A DNA stretch of 64,000 bases from Patescibacteria group bacterium (GCA_043798935.1 JAZDOC010000006.1:24996-88995); one strand, 5' to 3'; shown: positions 37,701 to 48,576, numbered from the stretch's first letter. Numbers and translations: made by a program. Notes: generated by a model from the letters alone, not told the origin.

Positions 37701-38870
37701 ATGATTAGCAAAAAAAATATTCTCATGATTGCCGCAACGCCATTTTTTTCTGATCGTGGTTGTCATATTCGTATATACAATGAAATAAAATATTTATTAA
37801 AAAATAATATTTCTGTAGATCTTTGCACTTATAATTTGGGAAAAAATCCGCCCGGTATCGATATATGTAATATTAAGCGTTCAATAAATATTCCCTGGTA
37901 TCGCAAAACTACACCCGGTGCTTCATGGCATAAAATTTATTTGGACTTCTTTTTGTTGCTCACTTCCATAAAACATTGGGCTCATACTAAAAATAGAATA
38001 ATCCACGCTCATTTATATGAAGCATTATGCATTGCTATAATTATTAAGATTATCTCTTTTGGAAAAAGTAAAATTATTTTTGACTGCCAGGGAAGCTTAG
38101 CTGAAGAAATGTATCAGTATACATTATCAAAAAATAAATTTATGAGATTGTTTTATTATTTTTTTATAGTTATTGAAAAATTTTTACTTTTATTTCCCGA
38201 TTACATATTTTGTAGCTCGACTAATAGTCGAGATTTATTATTAAAACGATATAAGATTGATATAAATAAGATCGATGTGCTAAATGATGGAATTGATTTT
38301 GATCTTTTTTTGAACTTTGATAGAGTTAAAGAAAAAAAAGACCTAAAACACAAATTAAATATTGCAGATGAACAAAATATAATTTTATATACGGGCTCAT
38401 TAAGCCGAGCGAAAGGAGTAGATAAGTATTTAGAAGCGTTAGAAGGTATTAGTATAAATAACCCCGGGTATATTTTTGTTTTTGCTGGTTATGGTGAATT
38501 AGAAGAAGTGTATAAAATAAAATATCATCAAATGATCATCGAAAAGAAATTATTTTTTTTAGGAGGATTTGATTATTTTTCTTTACCAAAAATTTTATCA
38601 ATTGCAGATATTTTTATCGAACCAAAAAATAATAGCAGTGAATCTTCAGGTAAAATATATAATTATTTGTTTTTTGGTTTACCAATTATTTGTTTTAAAA
38701 ATAAATTAACCAGTAAGTTGTTAGATGATAACGGTGTATTTATTGATAATTATCAAGAATTTGTTAAATTAGATAATATAAAATCAAATATTTATTCCAT
38801 TAATATACCAGAAGAATTATCATGGCAAAAAATTATTTCCAAATGTATCACATTATATGAAAAATATTAA
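37701..38870 (+). CDS. Glycosyltransferase family 4
   Basis: MIAATPFFSDRGCHIRI, YTGSL..KG, SESSGK. Confidence 0.85.
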   Translation: MISKKNILMIAATPFFSDRGCHIRIYNEIKYLLKNNISVDLCTYNLGKNPPGIDICNIKRSINIPWYRKTTPGASWHKIYLDFFLLLTSIKHWAHTKNRIIHAHLYEALCIAIIIKIISFGKSKIIFDCQGSLAEEMYQYTLSKNKFMRLFYYFFIVIEKFLLLFPDYIFCSSTNSRDLLLKRYKIDINKIDVLNDGIDFDLFLNFDRVKEKKDLKHKLNIADEQNIILYTGSLSRAKGVDKYLEALEGISINNPGYIFVFAGYGELEEVYKIKYHQMIIEKKLFFLGGFDYFSLPKILSIADIFIEPKNNSSESSGKIYNYLFFGLPIICFKNKLTSKLLDDNGVFIDNYQEFVKLDNIKSNIYSINIPEELSWQKIISKCITLYEKY

Positions 38871-39975
38871 AATCGGAATTGACATCAGAACTGTTTCGCA
38901 GGGCGCGGGAGTAGCAACATATGTGAATAATGTAATTCCTCGATTATTAAAGAAAATGGAGAATTACGATGTTTATTTATTTTCCATGAAAAAAATAAAT
39001 AAAAACTTTTTTTCCAATAATAACAATGTAAAATTAGTAGTTTTTCCGATTCCAAAACTTTTTTTATTATTTTATGATTGGTTTTGTCTTCCTGTATACT
39101 GTTATTTCAAAGGAGTTAATATTTTTCACGGAACAAAGAGTGCCTGTTCGCCATTATATAAATTATTTGGTATCAAAACTATTGTTAATTTGCACGATGT
39201 AATACCTTTAACTAATCCTGAAACCGAACGAATTCCAAATTATATATATTGGAAGATTCAAATCCCTTTAGCGTATTATTTTGCCGATTCAATAATTACC
39301 CTTTCTAATTTTTCTAGCGAAGAGCTTATTAGAAGATACAAGAGACGAAAAAATTTATTTGTAGTTTATGCTTCCGGCAATAAAATTGATTTTGAAAATA
39401 ATATAATAAATTGGGACGAGTTTAAACAAAAAAACGGTTTAGCAGAAAAATATTTGTTATATGTAGGTACATTGCAGCCTAGAAAAAACGTTTTAAATGC
39501 AATAAAAGCATTTTGTATTTCAGATATTAATCATAGTTCCCAGTTTGTAGTTGTAGGTAAAAAGGGATGGCTATATAAAGACATTTTTGATTACACTAAG
39601 CAAAATAATCTAGAAAAGAAAATTATTTTTTTAGATTATATTAGTAATAGCGAGCTAGATGCAGTTTATAATCATGCATCAGCGTTCATTTATATTTCTT
39701 CAAACGAAGGCTTTGGTTTGCCTATTATTGAAGCAATGGAGCACAATTTACCGGTCATTACATCAAGTTGTAGTTGTTTACCTGAAATCGCTGGGGATAC
39801 TGCCGTTCTTGTAGATCCAACTGATATAAATGGAATTGCAAACGCAATAAATAAAGTTTTTTGTGATGAAAATTTACGCGAACAGATGATTATAAAAGGA
39901 AAAAAAAATATCCTTAAATTTAACTGGGAGACTACCGCGGAAGAAATTTGGGCAGTTTATCAGAAATATTTATAA
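38857..39975 (+). CDS. Glycosyltransferase family 4 (mannosyltransferase-like)
   Basis: IGIDIR, HDVIP, YVGTLQPRKN, EGFGLPIIEAM, SCLPEIAG. Confidence 0.88.
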   Translation: MKNIKIGIDIRTVSQGAGVATYVNNVIPRLLKKMENYDVYLFSMKKINKNFFSNNNNVKLVVFPIPKLFLLFYDWFCLPVYCYFKGVNIFHGTKSACSPLYKLFGIKTIVNLHDVIPLTNPETERIPNYIYWKIQIPLAYYFADSIITLSNFSSEELIRRYKRRKNLFVVYASGNKIDFENNIINWDEFKQKNGLAEKYLLYVGTLQPRKNVLNAIKAFCISDINHSSQFVVVGKKGWLYKDIFDYTKQNNLEKKIIFLDYISNSELDAVYNHASAFIYISSNEGFGLPIIEAMEHNLPVITSSCSCLPEIAGDTAVLVDPTDINGIANAINKVFCDENLREQMIIKGKKNILKFNWETTAEEIWAVYQKYL

Positions 39976-40002
39976 TATAATAACTATCTATATTGTCTCA
40001 CG

Positions 40003-41100
40003 ATGAATAAAATTTTAATAATAACGAGAGAATTTCCCCCACATGTTATAGGAGGTGCTGGTTTTCATTCATTTTTTTTAGCTAAATCTTTTTTGGAAAA
40101 TAATATTAAAGTAACAGTTTTCTCGGCATATAATGGATCGAAAGATATTACCGAAACAGTATTGGTTAATAATAACAATTTTGATATTAATCGGATAACA
40201 TATTTTAATAAAATTATTCCAAGAATTTGGTTTAATAGAAAAATAATAAAAATTTTAAGAAATATAGATTTAACTGATTATGATGCTATAATTTCGCATG
40301 AATATATTGATTTTACAAAAATAAAGTTTGGCGGAAAAAAAATATTAAAAACACATATTAATATATTTAAAAAAAGTGAAGAATACAAAGAAAAAAAAAT
40401 ATTGCATTTTTTTATGAATTATTTCATTTGGCCTTTTGAGCGATCTTTAGAAAAAAAATCTTTATTTTCGGCTGATATTATTATCCATAATAGTAGATTA
40501 ACTCGTAATTTGTATATCCAGAAATTTCCGGAGCTTAAAAAAATAGAACAGCAAGTTGTTTATAATGGTGTAGAAAGTGATAAATTTGAATTTTGTGTTG
40601 ACAAAAAAAAATATTTTCTTTTTGTGGGTGGCGATTCACGCAGAAAAGGATTTAATAATATTCTTAAATTAGCAAAATTATTGCCAGATGATTTTACAAT
40701 AAAGATCGCAGGAACAATGAATAAAAAAAATCGAAATATTGTAAATAATATTCATAATATTGAATATATTGGCAAGATTAGCCAAAGTGATTTGATTCAT
40801 TATTACAAGAATGCATTAGTATTAGTACACCCATGTTTTTACGAGCCATTTGGTAATGTTATATTTGAAGCATTGGCGTGTGGCTCATTAGCAATAATAT
40901 CAAATGAAAAATATTGTGGCGCCGCGGAAATTATTCCTAATTCTTTTTCTATTAGAGTAGATCCATATGATATTAAGATAAATTTAGACGAGTTAAAAAA
41001 TAAACTATCAAAAATAAACAGAAAAGAACTTGCTGCGTTTATTAAACAAAATTCTTGGAATTTACATTGTAATAAAATAATTAATTTAATTCTTAAATAA
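40003..41100 (+). CDS. Glycosyltransferase family 4
   Basis: TREFPPHVIGGAG, FVGGDSRRKG, YEPFGNVIFEALACG. Confidence 0.88.
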   Translation: MNKILIITREFPPHVIGGAGFHSFFLAKSFLENNIKVTVFSAYNGSKDITETVLVNNNNFDINRITYFNKIIPRIWFNRKIIKILRNIDLTDYDAIISHEYIDFTKIKFGGKKILKTHINIFKKSEEYKEKKILHFFMNYFIWPFERSLEKKSLFSADIIIHNSRLTRNLYIQKFPELKKIEQQVVYNGVESDKFEFCVDKKKYFLFVGGDSRRKGFNNILKLAKLLPDDFTIKIAGTMNKKNRNIVNNIHNIEYIGKISQSDLIHYYKNALVLVHPCFYEPFGNVIFEALACGSLAIISNEKYCGAAEIIPNSFSIRVDPYDIKINLDELKNKLSKINRKELAAFIKQNSWNLHCNKIINLILK

Positions 41101-41127
41101 AATTATTTTAAATTGGAAAATATTAAT

Positions 41128-42420
41128 ATGATAAAAATAATTAAAGAGTTAATTAATAAAAATAAGTTGTTGATACATAATTTTTCAGCTTTATCTGCTT
41201 TGCAAGTTGCAGAATATGTTTTTCCACTTATTACTTTACCATATTTAGTAAGAGTTTTAGGTCCAGATAAATTTGGTTTGGTAGTTTTTGCTCAATCGTT
41301 TATTGCTTATTTTATTTTGTTAACCGAATATGGTTTTAAATTATCGGCAACCAGAGAAATATCAATAAATCGGAATGATAATAATAAAGTTTCGCAAATT
41401 TTTTGTTCTGTATATATTGTATATTTTTTATTATTTATAGTTTCCACGGCAGTGTTTTCTGTTATTGTATTTAATATACCAAAATTTCATTCAGAGTACA
41501 TTGTTTATTTATTTGCATATATTATGGTTTTTGGAACCATTATATTTCCTGTATGGCTTTTTCAGGGCATGGAAAAGATGAAGTATATAACAATTATTAA
41601 TGTTTCCGTAAAATTATTATTTTTAATTTTTATATTTATTTTTATTAAAAATCAAGATGATTATATTTATGTGCCATTAATAAGCTCATTAGGTTTTTTA
41701 ATGTCAGGTTTGATTGCGCTTGTTTTCGGAATAAAAATTTTTAAAATTAAATTGATTTTACCAAAATATCATTTTGTACTACATCAACTTAAAGAAGGAT
41801 GGTATATATTTATATCAACGATCGCAATTAGCCTTTATTCCAATTCGAATGTGTTTATCCTTGGCATGTTTACAAGTAATACAGTAGTTGGCTACTATTC
41901 TGGTGCAGAAAAAATTATTAAAGCTGTTAAGAGCTTAATGATTCCAATTTCGCAATCAGTCTATCCTCATATAAATAAAATTGCTAATGAGTCTCATGAA
42001 AAAGCATTATTTTTTATTAAAAAATTATTTAAAATCGTTGGCGGTGGTACATTTGTTATGTCTTCGATAATTTTTTTATTTGCCGATCGAATTATTAGTG
42101 TTGCCTTAGGTCCTCAATATCAGCAGTCCATAATAATTTTAAGATTATTATCTTTTTTACCGTTTTTAGTAGGCTTAAGCAATGTTTTAGGAATTCAAAC
42201 CATGCTTACATTTAATTTTAAAAAAGCTTTTTCAAAGATACTATCAATAGCAGGTTTGTTTAGTATTGTTGCAGTTTTTATTATCGCCCCAATTTACCAG
42301 GGTGCTGGTATTGCATTAACGTTGCTTATAACAGAATTATTCATTACTATTAGTATGTTTGTATATCTTTATAAGAAAGGTTTAAATATTTTAACTTTAC
42401 GGAAAAATGAAAAAAAATAA
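41128..42420 (+). CDS. wzx: Wzx O-antigen-type flippase
   Basis: FPLITLPYLVRVLGPDKFG, EYGFKLSATREIS, PVWLFQGMEKM, VGYYSGAEK. Start ATG 41128. Confidence 0.88.
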   Translation: MIKIIKELINKNKLLIHNFSALSALQVAEYVFPLITLPYLVRVLGPDKFGLVVFAQSFIAYFILLTEYGFKLSATREISINRNDNNKVSQIFCSVYIVYFLLFIVSTAVFSVIVFNIPKFHSEYIVYLFAYIMVFGTIIFPVWLFQGMEKMKYITIINVSVKLLFLIFIFIFIKNQDDYIYVPLISSLGFLMSGLIALVFGIKIFKIKLILPKYHFVLHQLKEGWYIFISTIAISLYSNSNVFILGMFTSNTVVGYYSGAEKIIKAVKSLMIPISQSVYPHINKIANESHEKALFFIKKLFKIVGGGTFVMSSIIFLFADRIISVALGPQYQQSIIILRLLSFLPFLVGLSNVLGIQTMLTFNFKKAFSKILSIAGLFSIVAVFIIAPIYQGAGIALTLLITELFITISMFVYLYKKGLNILTLRKNEKK

Positions 42421-43519
42421 AAAAATATTAATTGTCGGAGCTGGAATTACTGGGATTACTTTGGCTGAAAGATTTGCGAATGTTGGAAATACGGTTTTGA
42501 TAATTGAAAAGCGAGAACAAATTGGCGGAAATTGTTATGATTATAAAAATGATAATAATTTATTAGTGCATAAATATGGGCCTCACATTTTTCATACAGA
42601 TTATAAAGATGTTTGGAATTATTTATCTAAATTCACAGAATGGATTCCATACAAACATAAAGTAACTGGGTTAATTGATGGAAAAAATGTTCCAATACCA
42701 TTTAATTTAGATACATTGAATAAATTAATACCTGAAAAATCTGAAAAACTTGAAAAAAAATTAATAAATTATTTTGGAAAAAATAAAAAAGTCACTATTT
42801 TAGATTTAAAAAAGTTAAAAGATTCAGATTTTAAATTTTTAGCTAATTTTATATATGAGAAAGTTTTTTTATATTATACTCAAAAGCAATGGGGATTAAA
42901 ACCAGAAAAGATTGATCCATCTGTAACTGCCAGAGTACCAATAAACATATCACAAGAAGATGGATATTTTTTCGACAAATATCAAGCAATGCCAAAAAAT
43001 GGATATACGGCGATGTTTAAAAAAATGCTTGCTCATAAAAATATTAAAATTAATTTAAATACTGATTACAAAAAAAATAAAAATAATACAGATTTTGATT
43101 TAATATATTATTCAGGGCCGATTGATGAATTCTTTAATTATGAATTTGGGCGATTAGAATATCGTTGTTTTAAATTAATGCTTAAAACATTTAATAAAAA
43201 AGATTTTCAGCCATCTGCAGTCGTTAATTATCCGGACTTAGAGCATAGATTTACCAGAACTACAGAATTTAAAAAATTAACAATGCAAAAAAATAGCAAA
43301 ACAATAATTGCTTATGAATATCCTGGAAAAACAGGTTATGTTGGTTGGCCGTTTTTAAATGATAAAAATAATAAAATTTTAAGTAAGTATAATAGTAAAG
43401 CTAAAAAAATAAAGAAGGTAACCTTTGTCGGCAGACTGGGTGAATTTAAATACTATGACATGGATGATGCAATTAATAATGCATTAAATATATTTAATAA
43501 AAATAATCATGGAAAATAA
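42407..43519 (+). CDS. glf: UDP-galactopyranose mutase
   Basis: IVGAGITG, IGGNCYD, HKYGPHIFHT, YTQKQWG, LEYR, GRLGEFKYYDMD. Confidence 0.94.
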   Translation: MKKNKKILIVGAGITGITLAERFANVGNTVLIIEKREQIGGNCYDYKNDNNLLVHKYGPHIFHTDYKDVWNYLSKFTEWIPYKHKVTGLIDGKNVPIPFNLDTLNKLIPEKSEKLEKKLINYFGKNKKVTILDLKKLKDSDFKFLANFIYEKVFLYYTQKQWGLKPEKIDPSVTARVPINISQEDGYFFDKYQAMPKNGYTAMFKKMLAHKNIKINLNTDYKKNKNNTDFDLIYYSGPIDEFFNYEFGRLEYRCFKLMLKTFNKKDFQPSAVVNYPDLEHRFTRTTEFKKLTMQKNSKTIIAYEYPGKTGYVGWPFLNDKNNKILSKYNSKAKKIKKVTFVGRLGEFKYYDMDDAINNALNIFNKNNHGK

Positions 43520-44432
43520 TAATTTAGTAAAAATCGCTGCAGTAGTTGTAACATACAACAGAAAAGAATTACTTAAAGAGTGTTTAGATTCCTTATTGAA
43601 GCAAGATCATAAGTTAGATGCAATTATTATAATAGATAATGCTTCAAACGACGGTACTGGAGAGATGTTAGAAAAAAAATACTTAAATAATTCTGTTTTT
43701 GATTACATTAATTTAAAAGAAAATTTAGGTGGAGCGGGTGGATTCCACTATGGAATTAAAAGAGCTTGCGAAAAAGGGTTTGATTGGATTTGGTGTATGG
43801 ATGATGACGTGGTTCCACAGTCAAACGCATTGCAAAATATGCTTAATGTTTCTTTGGATAAGAAAATTGGTTATTTATGTAGCAGAGTTGTCGGTATAAA
43901 TGGGGAGTCAATTAATACGCCGGTCATAGATTTTAGAAAAAACATTAATATGTATCCTTCTTGGGAAGAAAATTTAAATAAAAGCCTTGTTAAGGTTAGA
44001 TTTTCTACATTCGTATCTGTTCTTTTAAATCGAAATATTGTAAATAAAGTAGGACTACCTTTTAAGGAATTTTTTATTTGGGGTGATGACACTGAATATA
44101 CTTCGCGAATAACAAATATTTGTCCAGGGTACATTGTCGGTAATAGTATAGTTGTGCATAAGAGAAAGATTCAAGAACCACCGGAAATTTTTAGAGAAAA
44201 AGATCCAGTAAGAATTAAGAATTTTTTTTATAAAACTCGAAATGTATTATTTTATAAAAAAAAATATTCAAAACAATATTTTTTGCCATTTTCAATTATT
44301 TGGGAATTGTGTATTCTATTAAGATGTTTAGTTAGTTTTCCATATCCATTATTAAAAGCCAAAATAGTTTTAAAAGGATTGTTATTTTTCTTTTTTTTCC
44401 ATCCCAAAATTGAATTTCCAAAAGAAAAGTAA
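43509..44432 (+). CDS. GT2, galactofuranosyltransferase-like
   Basis: VVVTYNRKELL, NLGGAGGF, WCMDDD, FFIWGDDTEY; adjacent to glf. Confidence 0.82.
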   Translation: MENNNLVKIAAVVVTYNRKELLKECLDSLLKQDHKLDAIIIIDNASNDGTGEMLEKKYLNNSVFDYINLKENLGGAGGFHYGIKRACEKGFDWIWCMDDDVVPQSNALQNMLNVSLDKKIGYLCSRVVGINGESINTPVIDFRKNINMYPSWEENLNKSLVKVRFSTFVSVLLNRNIVNKVGLPFKEFFIWGDDTEYTSRITNICPGYIVGNSIVVHKRKIQEPPEIFREKDPVRIKNFFYKTRNVLFYKKKYSKQYFLPFSIIWELCILLRCLVSFPYPLLKAKIVLKGLLFFFFFHPKIEFPKEK

Positions 44433-44459
44433 ATTTAGTTTATCAAAAATTTTTTTGAA

Positions 44460-46700
44460 TTAATTAAATATCACAATGCTAATTTTATCGTTATCAGAGT
44501 TTATCGTTTTTACAAAAATGGTGTTATCCATGTTAATTTTATCTAAATGATATTTTATTAGTTTGTAATTTCTCTCATCATAAACAAAAATTAATTTTTT
44601 CCCCTTATTAATATAATTAATAAAATTTTTATACGTAATTCCGATTATTTTTGTATTTCTTTCACGCAAACTTGTTTTTAGAATATCTCTTCTGTCTAAT
44701 AAATAGTTAATTTTTAGATCATTTTCTAAATAATTAACAAAAGCAAAGGAGTGATCGCTAATGGTTTTATAATCTTTAAATTCCGGTGACTTTAATATTT
44801 GAAATATTTCATGATAAGGAAGATTTTTTTGTTCATATTTAGAAGTCAGAGTTAATGGTGAATACGCTTCTTTTAATCCGGAAAATAAACTGATGCCAAT
44901 AATTGTTATTAGTAATATAGATAAAAAGACTTTAAATATTTTATTTTTTTTATTGTAAAAAGAAATAACGATATAAGCTGTAGCTATAAATATGAATGGA
45001 AAAATAAAATAGTAATATCTTAAAAGTGCGAAATAGCCGACTCCTTGGAAAGAAATTATCGAGTAAAGTCCAATAAGCATGGAAAATAAGTATATCTCGT
45101 TAATTTTACTTTTTTTAATTACACTATAAAAAAGTATTGCTAAAATTATTATTAAATAGAAATAATGATTAAAAAATAATTCAATTAAAAAATGCAAATA
45201 GTTTGCCTGATTATAAATTTCTCCAAACCAACTGGGCATTGTGTATTTCAGCCAAATTTCTTGATGGCTAATTAAATGACCAAGCAAAAGCAATGTTAAA
45301 GAAATTGTTGTTATTAATGTTCCGATCTTTTTTGATTTTAAGTATAAAATTAATCCGAAGAATAATAGCGCATATAAAATAAAAAAAGTTAAATCTTGTG
45401 TTTTAAACGAAATAAAGAAAATTATAGCTGAAATTAAAAAGTACGTAAATATTAAAATTAATTGCTTACAATATTTTTTTTTATTTTGCATGAATAAAGT
45501 TATGTGAAAAAAGTTTTTCAATCCTTTAAAAAGGAAAAAGTTGCCAATTAAAAATAAACATATAAACATTTCATAAAATCTTATTTCTCTCGCCATTGCA
45601 ATCCCAACCCAGGAAAAAGCAAAAAGAAATATAGCAAGTAAACCAGCTTTTTTATTTAGCAGTTCTTTTCCAAATAAATATAAAAAAATGGATGTTAAAA
45701 TATAAAAAGGTATATTCGCAATAATGCCAACCCAGAATTCATCATTAAATTGATAAAAGAACGATAAATAAGAATGATATAAAAAAGCTCTATTATATGC
45801 ATCGCCGTTAATTAATACATGTCCCAATCCATTTACAATATTTTGGGCAACACTTATAGATAAGCCTTCATCATACCATATAGATAATTTTTTAATATTG
45901 TTTAATCTAAGAGCAATGCCGGATATAATAATAGTTATTAAACCAATAATATACCATATGCCTTCTTTGTATACCCATTTAATAACATTTTTTAAAAGTG
46001 GAATTTTGTTAATTTTAGGGAATTTAACAGAGAATTCTGTAATTTTTTTTTGTTCAATTAATTTATCTGTTTCGATTAAGTCTTCATTTTCAATATCTTG
46101 TGCAATATCTTCTTTATTAAGATAAAATTTTAATAAACCAATGAAAATTGTCAGGACAAATAAAACAGACTGAAAATGATTAAAAATTTCAATTATATTT
46201 TTGCCAATATTAAGATTAGTCGATGGTTTGATAAGTGACAAAAAACTGCATAACAACAAAACGGGAAACAGATAAGAAGTAATTTTTTTTGTCCTTGCCA
46301 GTAATATAATTTTTTTTGTTATTTTTTGATAAATAATTACAATGGTTGTAATACAAATAATAAAAGTACTTATTAATAAATATAGCTGAAGGAAATCAAT
46401 ATTTTTTATTATAGAAGTGTCGCCATTTTTTAATATAAATGTATTAATAACAAATGCAAATAAATTAAAAAGTGTTACTACAAACAACAATAAAGACAAA
46501 TGATTACTTTGAAAATATTTTTTTGAAATTAATAAAAAAATAAGTAATAAAAGTGTTATTATAAAGATATATACATCAAAATAATGACAATTATTATAAA
46601 AAATAAATGTATATAATGCTGAAAATAAAATATTTAAAAAAACAACCACTATTAAGCCGATTTCGTAAAACAGTTGACTTTTATGTTTTAATTCAGACAT
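44460..46700 (-). CDS. Large GT-C fold glycosyltransferase with extra N-terminal TM bundle
   Basis: LRL..SIWYDEGLS, AREIRFYE, LRYYYFIFP; very hydrophobic. Confidence 0.7.
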   Translation of the reverse strand: MSELKHKSQLFYEIGLIVVVFLNILFSALYTFIFYNNCHYFDVYIFIITLLLLIFLLISKKYFQSNHLSLLLFVVTLFNLFAFVINTFILKNGDTSIIKNIDFLQLYLLISTFIICITTIVIIYQKITKKIILLARTKKITSYLFPVLLLCSFLSLIKPSTNLNIGKNIIEIFNHFQSVLFVLTIFIGLLKFYLNKEDIAQDIENEDLIETDKLIEQKKITEFSVKFPKINKIPLLKNVIKWVYKEGIWYIIGLITIIISGIALRLNNIKKLSIWYDEGLSISVAQNIVNGLGHVLINGDAYNRAFLYHSYLSFFYQFNDEFWVGIIANIPFYILTSIFLYLFGKELLNKKAGLLAIFLFAFSWVGIAMAREIRFYEMFICLFLIGNFFLFKGLKNFFHITLFMQNKKKYCKQLILIFTYFLISAIIFFISFKTQDLTFFILYALLFFGLILYLKSKKIGTLITTISLTLLLLGHLISHQEIWLKYTMPSWFGEIYNQANYLHFLIELFFNHYFYLIIILAILFYSVIKKSKINEIYLFSMLIGLYSIISFQGVGYFALLRYYYFIFPFIFIATAYIVISFYNKKNKIFKVFLSILLITIIGISLFSGLKEAYSPLTLTSKYEQKNLPYHEIFQILKSPEFKDYKTISDHSFAFVNYLENDLKINYLLDRRDILKTSLRERNTKIIGITYKNFINYINKGKKLIFVYDERNYKLIKYHLDKINMDNTIFVKTINSDNDKISIVIFN

Positions 46701-46776
46701 TAAACTGAATGTTGTTATGCATTTAAGTTAGTATTATATATATTAATATATATAATCGTTTCAATTATTTTTATTG

Positions 46777-46805
46777 TTGACATATCCGCATTAACTTCAT
46801 ATAAT
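46777..46805 (+). promoter_or_regulatory. Consensus sigma70 promoter
   Basis: TTGACA (46777-46782), 17 nt, TATAAT (46800-46805). Confidence 0.85.
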
Positions 46806-46843
46806 ATACAAGAATTTATTAAAAAGATCAAGAAAAATTAACT

Positions 46844-47797
46844 ATGAACATTTTAATAACCGGGAGCGCGGGTTTTATTGGCTTTCATACAGCTAAAAAA
46901 CTCCTAGAAAGAGGCGACAATGTTATTGGAATCGATAATTTCAATGATTACTATGATGTTTCATTGAAAGAAGCCAGGAACAAAATATTAGAGACATTTC
47001 CTAATTTTAAGCTTTATAGACTCGATTTTTCTGATTTAAAAAGGTTGGAGCAGGTTTTTAAGTCCGAAAAAATAGAAAAAATTTGCCATCTTGGTGCACA
47101 GGCCGGCGTAAGATACTCTTTGGAAAATCCGCATGCTTATGAGATAACAAATATAAGTGGTACGCTTAATCTGCTGGAAATGGCTAGGAATTATAAAATA
47201 AAAGATTTTGTATTCGCTTCCTCATCTTCTGTTTACGGCGATAATAAAAAAGTTCCGTTTTCTGAAAGCGACAACGTGGATAATCCGATTTCTATTTATG
47301 CCGCCACAAAAAAAGCCGATGAATTAATGGCTTATACATATCATCATCTTTATGGTTTAAATTGCACAGGATTAAGGTTTTTTACAGTTTATGGACCATG
47401 GGGACGGCCAGATATGGCATTATTTAAATTTATCAAGCTAATTACAGCCGGTAAAGAAATTCCGGTATACGGAAACGGCCAGCATAAAAGGGATTTTACT
47501 TATATCGAAGATATTATTAGCGGAGTACTGAGTGCTATCGATAATCCATTCGGTTATGAAATTATTAATCTAGGAAACAATCAGCCCATAACGTTGAAAT
47601 ATTTTATCGAGATCATTGAAAAAGAGTTGAATCAGAAAGCCAGCAAGAAAATGCTGCCTAAACAACCAGGGGACGTTGATGAAACTTACGCTGATATTAT
47701 TAAAGCAAAAAAATTACTAAATTATGAACCTAAAACCAGTATTGAAGACGGAGTGAAGAAATTTATAGAATGGTATAAGGAATATTATAAAATATAA
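46844..47797 (+). CDS. UDP-glucuronate 4-epimerase-like SDR
   Basis: TGSAGFIG, AQAGVRYSLENP, ASSSSVYG, YAATKK, RFFTVYGPWGRPDMA, QPGDV. Confidence 0.88.
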   Translation: MNILITGSAGFIGFHTAKKLLERGDNVIGIDNFNDYYDVSLKEARNKILETFPNFKLYRLDFSDLKRLEQVFKSEKIEKICHLGAQAGVRYSLENPHAYEITNISGTLNLLEMARNYKIKDFVFASSSSVYGDNKKVPFSESDNVDNPISIYAATKKADELMAYTYHHLYGLNCTGLRFFTVYGPWGRPDMALFKFIKLITAGKEIPVYGNGQHKRDFTYIEDIISGVLSAIDNPFGYEIINLGNNQPITLKYFIEIIEKELNQKASKKMLPKQPGDVDETYADIIKAKKLLNYEPKTSIEDGVKKFIEWYKEYYKI

Positions 47798-47853
47798 TTT
47801 TAAATTGTAATTAACAAAGAAAGCGAGTCTCCCGACGAGCTAAAATAAAATAT

Positions 47854-48576
47854 ATGAAAGGAATAATACTTGCCGGTGGTAGCGGTTCGCGCTTGGCACC
47901 GCTTACAAAAGTAACCAGTAAACAATTACTGCCTATTTATAATAAACCCATGATTTATTACCCGCTTAATACTTTGCTGGAAGCTGGAATAAATGAAATA
48001 TTATTTATCGTGGCACCCGAACACGCGGGCGATTATGTAAATTTTTTAGGGTCGGGCAGAGAATTTAACGCCCGGTTTTCTTTTGAAGTGCAAGATAAAC
48101 CATTGGGGTTGGCACACGGGTTGTCGCTAGCGGAAAATTTTGTTAATGGAGAAACCTGTTGCATGATTCTGGGAGACAATATTTTTCTTGGACATGATTT
48201 TAAAAAGGATGTATCTGGCTTTACATCAGGCGCAAAAATTTATGTTAAAGAAGTGCCTGACCCGGAACGTTTTGGTGTGGCTGAATTCGATGCCGAGGGT
48301 CATGTAATATCAATTGAAGAAAAACCTAAAAATCCAAAAACAAATTTTGCTCAGGTAGGAATGTATATGTACGATGAGCCCGTTTTCGATTTAATTAAAA
48401 CCATGAAGCCATCAGACAGGGGCGAGTTGGAAATTACGGATTTAAATAATATTTATTTAAATAAAGGGGTTTTAACAGCTGAAATAATGACTGGAAACTG
48501 GATTGATGCCGGAACATTTGAATCTTTGCATAAAGCCGCAATATTAATTAGAGAACGAGAGTTGAATGAAAAATAA
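47854..48576 (+). CDS. rmlA: Glucose-1-phosphate thymidylyltransferase (short form)
   Basis: GIILAGGSGSRL..SKQLLPIYNKPMIYYP, LGDN, EEKP, RGELEITD, WIDAGT. Confidence 0.9.
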   Translation: MKGIILAGGSGSRLAPLTKVTSKQLLPIYNKPMIYYPLNTLLEAGINEILFIVAPEHAGDYVNFLGSGREFNARFSFEVQDKPLGLAHGLSLAENFVNGETCCMILGDNIFLGHDFKKDVSGFTSGAKIYVKEVPDPERFGVAEFDAEGHVISIEEKPKNPKTNFAQVGMYMYDEPVFDLIKTMKPSDRGELEITDLNNIYLNKGVLTAEIMTGNWIDAGTFESLHKAAILIRERELNEK

